A stretch of 34,802 nt of DNA from Guillardia theta CCMP2712 (lineage: Eukaryota; Protista; Cryptophyta): the NCBI RefSeq assembly GCF_000315625.1, contig NW_005434530.1:53301-88102 (forward strand), written 5' to 3'. Below the pieces are notes generated by a model, which did no database searches, was not told the DNA's origin, and worked only from the letters and a program-made list of their open reading frames with translations. The position numbers were made by a program, and so were the translations under genes. Positions 26,530-34,802 of this stretch are shown piece after piece. Within the stretch, counting starts at the first letter, position 1, and the number at the start of each line of letters is the position of its first letter.

Positions 26530-28206
26530 CTAGAAATAACTACACAACGCTATCATACAACATGACAAACACATCCAAAGGAGAGAACTGCTGACATCTC
26601 CGAGCAATCCTTGCTGCCTTCCCTGGCTAGCTAGGTGGGCGGTGGCAGAATCGACTGGGTGGGCGACGGCAGCATCGACTACAGGTCCGCAGACTTGCTT
26701 GCATGGACGGGCCATCGTGACAGATACATAAGGTCTAGATGCTGTCGGGCAAGAGTCGTAGAATATGTAAGCCCAGCAATATTCCTGGGAGGTGTTTCCC
26801 ATCTGCACCAATGTTGAGCAAGCTTCAAACTCCTGCGAGATGCTTACTGCACGTACTGCACCGTACCACATCTCCAAAAACCCATTGCAATACGAGCCGC
26901 TGCTGTACTCCGGAGAAGAGCATACTGCACTGTATTGGCCAGATGACTGAAGTGAATAGCATTTTTCTGCAATGCCTTGCTTTTCAAGCATGATATCCTT
27001 GAGAGTTGGATGGAGCGCATTGAGATTGATGTTGCACTCAGATGGGTAACGCGCCATGATGTCTTGGACTCCAGTGGTGTTTCCAATGATGGGAATGGAA
27101 AATGGTGTAGCCGAAGAAGCCTGCGAGGAAGTTGTTATGCTCAGATACGCCCCGGATATGACATCTGTTAAGAACACATCGACGCTGTCCTGTTTGAAAA
27201 AAAACAGATGAGAAACTTCTTTCAAGAGGAGAAACGCGTTCATGACTTGCTTGTCGCATGGATGCTCTGCCATGAACGTCGCTTCGGTTCCTTGCAAACA
27301 TGTCTCACAGTTATCATGCAATATCCCCCAATTGGAGTAGAGGTATTTTTGTGTCACAGCAAGCTTGTCGCAATTGAGATATGGGCCAAAGGATCCTTGC
27401 TGCCTTCCCTGGTAAGCTGAGTAGGTCACGGCAGCATCCACTACAGGTCCGCAGACTTGCTTGCATGGACGGGCCATCGTGACAGATACATAAGGTCTAG
27501 ATGCTGTCGGGCAAGAGTCGTAGAATATGTAAGCCCAGCAATATTCCTGGGAGGTGTTTCCCATCTGCACCAATGTTGAGCAAGCTTCAAACTCCTGCGA
27601 GATGCTTACTGCACGTCCTGCACCGTACCACATCTCCAAAAACCCATTGCAATACGAGCTGCTGCTGTACTCCGGAGAAGAGCATACTGCACTGTATTGG
27701 CCAGATGACTGAAGTGAATAGCATTTTTCTGCAATGCCTTGCTTTTCAAGCATGATATCCTTGAGAGTTGGATGGAGCGCATTGAGATTGATGTTGCACT
27801 CAGATGGGTAACGCGCCATGATGTCTTGGACTCCAGTGGTGTTTCCAATGATGGGAATGGAAAATGGTGTAGCCGAAGAAGCCTGCGAGGAAGTTGTTAT
27901 GCTCAGATACGCCCCGGATATGACATCTGTTAAGAACACATCGACGCTGTCCTGTTTGAAAAAAAACAGATGAGAAACTTCTTTCAAGAGGAGAAACGCG
28001 TTCATGACTTGCTTGTCGCATGGATGCTCTGCCATGAACGTCGCTTCGGTTCCTTGCAAACATGTCTCACAGTTATCATGCAATATCCCCCAATTGGAGT
28101 AGAGGTATTTCTGTGTCACAGCAAGCTTGTCGCAATTGAGATATTGTTGACAGCAAGTGATGGGCAGGAGCAACAGCAACAGCAAGACCACAGCGCATGG
28201 AGCCAT
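26530..28206 (-). CDS. Secreted, probably GPI- or tail-anchored protein with two tandem copies of an unrecognised Cys-rich domain (558 aa, intronless)
   Basis: Signal peptide MAPCAVVLLLLLLLPITCC; two units with a 254-aa period; hydrophobic C-terminal end SSLLWMCLSCCMIALCSYF*. Confidence 0.9.
   Translation of the reverse strand: MAPCAVVLLLLLLLPITCCQQYLNCDKLAVTQKYLYSNWGILHDNCETCLQGTEATFMAEHPCDKQVMNAFLLLKEVSHLFFFKQDSVDVFLTDVISGAYLSITTSSQASSATPFSIPIIGNTTGVQDIMARYPSECNINLNALHPTLKDIMLEKQGIAEKCYSLQSSGQYSAVCSSPEYSSSSYCNGFLEMWYGAGRAVSISQEFEACSTLVQMGNTSQEYCWAYIFYDSCPTASRPYVSVTMARPCKQVCGPVVDAAVTYSAYQGRQQGSFGPYLNCDKLAVTQKYLYSNWGILHDNCETCLQGTEATFMAEHPCDKQVMNAFLLLKEVSHLFFFKQDSVDVFLTDVISGAYLSITTSSQASSATPFSIPIIGNTTGVQDIMARYPSECNINLNALHPTLKDIMLEKQGIAEKCYSLQSSGQYSAVCSSPEYSSGSYCNGFLEMWYGAVRAVSISQEFEACSTLVQMGNTSQEYCWAYIFYDSCPTASRPYVSVTMARPCKQVCGPVVDAAVAHPVDSATAHLASQGRQQGLLGDVSSSLLWMCLSCCMIALCSYF
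26666..28143. repeat. Near-perfect intragenic tandem duplication, 762-bp period (26666-27381 and 27428-28143)
   Basis: Identical except for a handful of substitutions (e.g. SSSY/SGSY, GAGR/GAVR). Confidence 0.95.
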
Positions 28207-28365
28207 GTCTCTTTGCAACGCTCACTTCCTAGCTCAACCGACCACGAGCCAGGGGACCCTACCTTTTAGGTTGCGGCCCTACAAACCTACAAGGTAGGGT
28301 CCTTACAGCAACAATGGACGGGTGTTTCACCCACCCTACCCCGACATTTTCCGTTCCTCCTCGGC

Positions 28366-29115
28366 ATGTACACGGGGCCATGGAGTCTGATAGTGATCGT
28401 ATGCCTCGCGGTTCAACCCGAGCTCGCTCAGTCCGCCACCTCCTTCCTCCACTGCAAAGATGTCCGAGCAACTCTCCTCTCAGTTTCACCGTTGTGGGGT
28501 GACAACATCTTCCAGCAATGCGAGAAATGCTTGATGCTTGCTAACAGCTTCAATGTCGTTTTTGTGCAACATCCGTGTTCAGGAAACGTTGTGGAAGCTT
28601 CTTTGGTGTTGTATTTGATAGAGGTGATGATGTTCTTTAATCCAGACAGCGTGGATCTGTACGTTCCATCTACAAACATGGAAAAGATGATTCGGCTCTC
28701 TTCACCTGCCAGAAATTTAACAACAGGCACACCTGTCAGCTTTGACTTGATCGTCCACGACAGTGATCCCGGAGCCTTGAAGCTCGTCTCGACTCTTTCG
28801 TCGTCCTGCTACATCGGAACGGATGGTTGGAAATACATGCAGCTGAAATTTGTGCTCTTCACATTCGACATCCCTAATGATCCATCGTCTTGCTCAGGAA
28901 ATGTATCTCTGTGGTATGGAACAGGAAATTTGGAGAAGATGGACTCTGATGTCCGTGATTGCTCTGTTTCCTTGCAGTCGCTATCAGCTTCTTACTATCA
29001 GTGTTGGGCAGTCATCTTCCAGCCCAACTGCACTCGGACGAAAAGACCAAACCTCATGATCAATGGTGCAACTAGCTGTAACCCTTACGTATCAGCTACA
29101 GGACAGTTGTGCTAA
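28366..29115 (+). CDS. Secreted single-domain paralogue of the 26530-28206 Cys-rich protein (249 aa, intronless)
   Basis: Signal peptide WSLIVIVCLAV; collinear shared motifs (F/Y)LxC..WG..CExCL..HPC..FFxxDSVD..CxG...WYGxG..CS..CWAxIF..C...RP..C. Confidence 0.85.
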   Translation: MYTGPWSLIVIVCLAVQPELAQSATSFLHCKDVRATLLSVSPLWGDNIFQQCEKCLMLANSFNVVFVQHPCSGNVVEASLVLYLIEVMMFFNPDSVDLYVPSTNMEKMIRLSSPARNLTTGTPVSFDLIVHDSDPGALKLVSTLSSSCYIGTDGWKYMQLKFVLFTFDIPNDPSSCSGNVSLWYGTGNLEKMDSDVRDCSVSLQSLSASYYQCWAVIFQPNCTRTKRPNLMINGATSCNPYVSATGQLC

Positions 29116-29241
29116 GCAAATCATCCTCGAGCGTTGTTGATGTGAAGTACATGTCGCCTTGCATTCTGAAATAAAGTCTGTCACCGTCTGAATCCACCTT
29201 CACGTGGTTCAAAAGGAGAACTTCAATGTTCAGAAAGACTC

Positions 29242-29736
29242 GTCATACTGCCTCAAGCACCTACTTTCAGAGCTTTGTTCCTGCCCCATTCCCATAGCTG
29301 ACTGACAGTGGTCTTCAACACGCTAAGGAGCTCGCGTGTGTAGCAGAAACAAGAGAAGCTTTTGCAGACACGGTAATCATGGCAATACATTACGGAGCCT
29401 AGCTCCCAAAACCCCTTCATTGTCTGTTGGGAGAAATCCAGATAAAGAAGATGTACAAAATGATATCTAGAAATAACTACACAACGCTATCATACAACAT
29501 GACAAACACATCCAAAGGAGAGAACTGCTGACATCTCCGAGCAATCCTTGCTGCCTTCCCTGGCTAGCTAGGTGGGCGGTGGCAGAATCGACTGGGTGGG
29601 CGACGGCAGCATCGACTACAGGTCCGCAGACTTGCTTGCATGGACGGGCCATCGTGACAGATACATAAGGTCTAGATGCTGTCGGACAAGAGTCGTAGAA
29701 TATGTAAGCCCAGCAATATTCATGGAAGGTGTTTCC
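29242..29736 (-). pseudogene. 5'-truncated duplicate of the Cys-rich gene 3' end and its downstream flank (partner ~26319-26799)
   Basis: Identical peptide MARPCKQVCGPVVDAAVAHP...LCSYF* at 29467-29652; no signal peptide; homology stops at ~29736. Confidence 0.85.
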
Positions 29737-30079
29737 AAGGTGTAGATGCTATTCTCTCTACCATGACAATGTTTGCGCCGCGTGTCTTCAGCTGCTCCCG
29801 GCCCTCCCGTACCGTCAAGGTGCAGCCCAGCAGGGACCCAAGGGCGTCGGGCCTGTCGGGGTCGGTGAGGAGCTTGATGGCGTGCTGGAGGGCGTCAAGC
29901 TGCTTGCTGCGGGAGGGGCCGAAGCCGAGGGAGGGGCGGGGGGGAGGCGGGGAGGAGGAGGGACGGGGAAGGGAAGCAGGGAGGGGGGGGAAGTCCGAAG
30001 GAGGCGGAGAGGCGGAGGAGGGAGTAAACTTGTGACTGGAGGTCGAGGAGTGGGAGGGATGAAGGGCAGGTGGAGGCAT
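29720..30079 (-). CDS. Small-protein family B, copy c (119 aa)
   Basis: Intact ATG ORF with GFGPSRSKQLDALQHAIKLLTDPDRPDALGSLLGC; 29771-30004 is nearly identical to 24888-25122. Confidence 0.75.
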   Translation of the reverse strand: MPPPALHPSHSSTSSHKFTPSSASPPPSDFPPLPASLPRPSSSPPPPRPSLGFGPSRSKQLDALQHAIKLLTDPDRPDALGSLLGCTLTVREGREQLKTRGANIVMVERIASTPWKHLP

Positions 30080-30771
30080 GGTAGGGAAGGAGAGCTGGCG
30101 AGGGAGGCTGAGGACGGAGGCTCTTGTTGACGATGAAGACTCGACGTAACTGTACAGCAGTCACGTCTTCGTGACTGGTGGAGAGTTACGGAGGTCTAGC
30201 GATGCGGTAAAGAAACGACACGGTCTCGTGTCCCTTGAGTATGCTGACGTGACTGCACGACGACACCGGTGGACATGAAAAGCTCCGAGGCTCTTCGCTG
30301 CCGTGACCCTCGCATCCAGATGACTCGACGACTTGCTGCTGCGCCGTGACTGTCTCGTGATCACTTCAACTTCTGAGTGCCTGCAAGCGCTTGGTCACGC
30401 TGCTTAGCCTGATGGCCTACCGGCGAGTCTGCAAGGCCCGGACGACTCGGAGGTCACCGGCGGGGGCCCCGCCGGGGGGAGCCTCGGAGAGGGGGGCCGT
30501 GGGGGGGCAGCCGCGGCCGGGTATCCCGGCGATCCAAGAGAGTCACTACGAACTCACTGACTGACAACTGCCGTCCCAAGTGACTTGATCAGTTGACTTG
30601 ACGGCAACTCAGGATGTGTGAAGCTGCTCGACAGTCTACCCCTCCCCCCGAGCCTTCACAGTGCCTCTAGGTACCCCTAGGTCGTGCCCGCATTCCTGAC
30701 GCTACCTCCAAGTCTTTCAAGACTTCCCCCCCTTGTTTGTTACATTACACGTGACATGTCAACTTGCTCCT

Positions 30772-33563
30772 TCACCCCCTGCGATCTCCGGCAGCAGCGC
30801 GAGAGCCGAAGAGCCGTCGCCATGTCTGTGCTAACTTGTCCTTGAGCATGCCCGTGCTGCTCCTCGCCACCACCAGCGCCTTGGTCCTCGCCCATCGAAG
30901 CATTCCTGGAGCAGCGTGAGGAGGCGAGGGATATCCATCAGATGTGGAGAAGGGGAGGAGAGAAGGAGAGATATGAAGAACGTGGCCTGCAATTGAAGGA
31001 GGCGGAAGTCGTGGAAGAGGAGGAGGGGAAGGAGAGGGGGGTGGGGGGGGGAGGGGGGGAAGGNNNNNNNNNNNNNNNNNNNNNNNNNNNNNNNNNNNNN
31101 NNNNNNNNNNNNNNNNNNNNNNNNNNNNNNNNNNNNNNNNNNNNNNNNNNNNNNNNNNNNNNNCCAACGATAGCCTTGCCTGCGTGTGCAAGGGAAGCAA
31201 TAGGATATTTCATGCCTCAGATAGTGCCTGTAGATGTAAACAAGGTTACACGGTTTACAATGGATTAGGACAAGATCAAACTAATCTTGCAACGTCTGAC
31301 GGTGTTCTTGACTGTGAGCCTATTATTCTCCCAAGGTGTACATCGAATCTTAGAAGCGAGGATGGGTCTTGTCTGTCACTTTGCTCCAATTCTGAATGTC
31401 CATCACCCCCGTGCTACTGTGATTCAAGTGGTTCAGACTACTGCAACAAGTCTTGTCCTTCGTACCAGGTGTCCCAAGCTCAGCAGCTGCAAGTAAGTCA
31501 TTGATTGTGCGAGGAAGCAAGACTAACTTTGATCTCAGGTGGATTCTAGCGTTGGAACTACGATCGTTTGCAATTGTAAATGTCCTTTGGGCAGTTCGGA
31601 CCCCAACTGCGCCGATCCCAATCAAGTTCCGATACAGACGTCGTACAACCTGTCGACTGACAGTGCTCAGAACACCATTCTGACGGTTATCAAGGCATCT
31701 GGAGTGTACAACTTTATTGTCAAAGGAATGAAAGAATGTTGGGGGGGGGGGGGGGGAAGGAGAAGAAGGAGGAGGAGGAGAAAGTGGAGGCGGAGATGAA
31801 GCGAACTACCTTGCGCAAGGCTCATGGCTAGCGACGGCTTCCTCCACGTAAGAGCAAGAGCATCGAACGCAGTGCGAACGAGGCCGAGAAGAGCTCGAGG
31901 GCCTCGTCCTGCTACTGCAGTAGCCACGTAGAGGAGGGAGAAGAGACGGCCGAAGTCGAAGACAGGCTGTAAGGAGGAAGAGGGTCAGAGGAGGAATGGA
32001 GAGGAGGAAAAAGAGGGTGCAGCAATGGGAAGGATGGAGGTGGGAAGGGAGAAGAGGGGGAGGAGAGCGAGGAGGAGGAGCAGGGAGGAAAAGGGAGAGG
32101 AGTTGTTGTTGGAGGGTGAGAAGACAGCAGGCGAAGGAGGGAGAAGAGGAAGGAGGAGAACTGTGTTGAGGTTGAAGGAAGGAGATGGACAGCAGCACTA
32201 GAAGAGGAAGAGAAGAAAATTGGCTCGAGCATGCAGCAACAGACCTTCTCTGCTTCAGGAACTTTCTTCATAAGGACCTGCTGGGAGTCAGAAGAGGATG
32301 CAGAGGAGGAAAAAGAAAACAGATGGAAAAAAAAGAGTGCTAGACAGAGAAGATAAGGAGGGGATGGGGAGAAGAAAAGGAGGAGGGAGAGAACGAGCTG
32401 GTGCAGTAGGAGCAGGAGGAGAGCTCGAAGAGCAGGAGCACCTGGGGCAGGCGGTAGCAGTAGAGAGGATCTCTCAGTAGTCGTTTAGCTACGTAGGGAT
32501 AGGCAACTTCGAGCAGCTTGAAGTTCGGGTCCAGCAGAAGGCAGATCCCCTCCTGCCGTCGTCACGTTACTCGTCACGGCACCTTCACCACTTCCATCCT
32601 CCTCCTCCTCCTCGTATACCCCCCCCCCTCCCCTGATCTTTGTTCTCCTCCTCCTCCCTCTCCTCCTCCTCCCCTCCCCCCATTCTCCTCCTCCTCCTGC
32701 TCTGATCTTGATTTCCTCTGCATCGAACCTGCGTGAGGAGCGTGCGGATCACGAGAGCGAATCTCTCGGGCACGCGGATCGGATACTGCAAACAAACAAG
32801 CATCTCAGAATCAGCCACCTTCTCCTCCTCCCACCCTCACGTTGCTCGTCCTCTTCCTCGTTCTTCTCGTCTCCCTCCTCTCATTCTCTTCCTCCTTGTT
32901 CTTGACTTCCTCTCTCCTTCCTTCCTAGTTGCATCCCCTGTCACCCCTTATCTATCCTTCTCTATTTCTTCCGCTACCCCCCCTCGTCCCCTCCCCTCGC
33001 TCACCTTGAACACAAGGTTGGAGAACTGCTTGGTAACCGTCCTGCTCTTGAGATCAGAACAACAACAAGTTTGCTGTCTCCTCCTCCTGCTACCTCTCCT
33101 CTTTCCTGCCCTCCTCCTCCTCCTCCTCCTCCTCCTCCTCCTTCTCTTCCTCTCCACTTCGTCCACCTCTTTCCTCGCCTCCTCTTCCTCCATGTTCTCC
33201 TCCTCACCGGAAGTTAAAATCCGCAAGATTCTTGCCAACGGCGTCTGCCCACATTCCCTGGAGAGCTGAAGAAATCGGCCGCATGTTCGTTCCCTGAAGA
33301 TGAGAGGGGAGGAAAAGAGAGAGGGAGGAGGAGAGAAGAGGAGGAGGGGAGGAGAGAAGGAGTGGAGGAGAGGAGGAGTGGAGGAGAGGAGGAGACAGGT
33401 CAGGCCTGGAATTCATTTCTTCTCCTTTTCTTACCTCAGCTATGAAACCAAGTCTCTGCATGTCCCGAGCAATCTCATCAAAGTCCTGCAGAGACAGAAA
33501 ATCACACAATGCTGCTGGTGCTGGTGATGCTGGTGGTGGTGGTGGTGGTGGTGGTGGTGGTGG

Positions 33564-33594
<31 letters not shown>

Positions 33595-34802
33595 GCTGCT
33601 GCTCTACCTGATGGATGGCATGTACAACGGCGTCGAGGAGTGCTTCTTTGTTTGTCTGTGAGAGGACAAAGTGAGACGAGCATTCTAGCAAACACAAGGG
33701 AGCGAAGAGATGAGGTGAGATGAAAGAGAGCAACAAGGAAGGGAAAGAACGAAAAGTCGATGAGATGCAACATCCAAGGAGGGGAAGGAGAAGGGAAGGA
33801 GAAGAGAGAGGGAGAACCAGGGGACTACGAGGAGGAGGAGGAGGAGGAGGAGGAGGCTGAAAGTTTTTTGCGGCATGAGGGCCTTACTTGGCTGATCTCA
33901 GCAACGGAACCGAAGTCAACGTATGCGATTCTCCTGCAGAGAAATGAGGGTCGATAGGGAGGTAAGAGAAAGGAGAAGAGGGAGAGGAGGGGGAGGAGTG
34001 AGAGGGGAGGGGAGGAGCGGAGAGGAGAGAAGAGGAGAGGAGCGGGGAGAAGGGGGGGAGTGCGAGGAGAGGAGGGGATAGGAGGCGAGGATTGAAGAGG
34101 AGGAGGACTGAGGAGCAAAGAGCTGAAGGAGGAGCGAACAGAAGACTTGTAGGAAGGGAAGGAGGAGGAGAGGAGGAGAAGGGACGTGTTATTTCTCTTA
34201 CCCATCTGCTAGTGCAAAAACATTGCCGGGATGTGGATCGCCGTGAAACAGTCCAAACTCTGTGAGGTGATCAGATAGAGGTTGAGAGCACAGGAAAAAT
34301 ACGAGAAGAGAGTGAGAAGAGTGGGAGGGGTGAGGGGGAGTGAGAAAGAGGAGGAAGAAGAGAAGGAGGAAGGAGAGGAAAAGAAGGAGAAAGAAGAGGA
34401 GAAGGAGGAATGAGGAGATGGCAGTGAGAGGTTGAAGGAGAAGCAGAGATGCAGGGGAGGAGAAGGTCAACGGAGGGGGAGGAAGCGGAGGAAAGGAAGA
34501 GATAAGGAGAAGAAAAGATGACCAAGCAGTTGCCTCATCCCTGCCTCTACCCCCACGCGGATAAATTCCTGAGAGAAGATAAGAAGAAGAGCGAGGGGAT
34601 GGGAAAAAGGGAGGGAGATGGGGAAGGAGGAGGAAGAGGTTGCAAGTACCTTGACAGGAACCCCCAGTTCGTCTAGCTTTTCAAGATCTGTACATCTGCC
34701 GATACGGTAAGAGAAAGGAGATAGCACAAAAGTTGAGATGGTGGTGGTGGCCATGATGATGGTGATGATGAAAACGATGATGATGATGATGATGATGATG
34801 AT
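30772..34802 (-). CDS. ABC1K1: ABC1/UbiB atypical kinase, ABC1K1 (PGR6)-like; 5' part lies beyond the window
   Basis: Successive short exons read RCTDLEKLDELGVPVK|EFIRVGVEAGMRQLL|EFGLFHGDPHPGNVFALADG|RIAYVDFGSVAEISQ|TNKEALLDAVVHAIHQ|DFDEIARDMQRLGFIAE|GTNMRPISSALQGMWADAVGKNLADFNFR|TVTKQFSNLVFK|YPIRVPERFALVIRTLLTQ|EGICLLLDPNFKLLEVAYPYVAKRLLRDP. This is collinear with plant ABC1K1. The terminal exon 30905-30772 is phase-compatible with the donor at 31809 but less certain. Confidence 0.92.
31064..31163. other. Assembly gap (100 N)
   Basis: Run of N. Confidence 1.
31164..31740 (+). CDS. Internal fragment (2 exons) of a large Cys-rich extracellular protein, antisense within an ABC1K1 intron
   Basis: CKGSNRIFHASDSACRCKQGYTVYNG..DGVLDCEPIILPRCTSNLRSEDGSC...; a 46-nt phase-0 intron GTAAGT..TCTCAG (31493-31538) continues in frame to VDSSVGTTIVCNCKCP; no start or natural stop. 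Confidence 0.7.
33515..33603. repeat. (GGT)n/(GCT)n microsatellite, intronic in ABC1K1
   Basis: Seen directly. Confidence 0.95.

Noticed and set aside
23673-30130. Plus-strand ORFs with SVRSLMxCWRASSC shared by three loci
   Set aside because: Antisense of family B; starts and stops are inconsistent between copies, whereas the minus frame has matching starts and an amphipathic motif.

Overview
Eukaryotic nuclear DNA from a draft assembly with two 100-N gaps. It is probably a cryptophyte-like flagellated alga; this is inferred from ~45-nt GT-AG introns with CTGAC/TTGAC branch points, a plastid-type ABC1K1 kinase and a TTLL11-like tubulin glutamylase. Recognisable genes are ABC1K1 (5'-partial), TTLL11-like and a PDZ/Glu-rich protein. 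The most interesting content is unannotated. (1) A cluster of five small paralogues at 2.6-8.1 kb shares the C-terminal motif L-x-A-L-A-x-S-I-x-Y-(I/V)-x-x-(L/Q)-Q-x-x-x-(G/N)-G-S-(I/V)-D-G-x-(D/E)-(L/F)-P-C. This resembles an isolated bHLH helix 2, and four of the five promoters carry the same 18-bp dyad plus shared GGATACGGAT/CCTTACAG words, suggesting a co-regulated microProtein system. (2) A second, possibly related three-copy small-protein family lies at 23.7-30.1 kb. (3) A head-to-head pair of secreted proteins is built from an unrecognised Cys-rich ~240-aa domain; one has a near-perfect 762-bp internal duplication and there is a chimeric partial copy. (4) An antisense Cys-rich gene fragment lies inside an ABC1K1 intron and may be a misassembly. 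All gene models were read by eye; no database search was possible.
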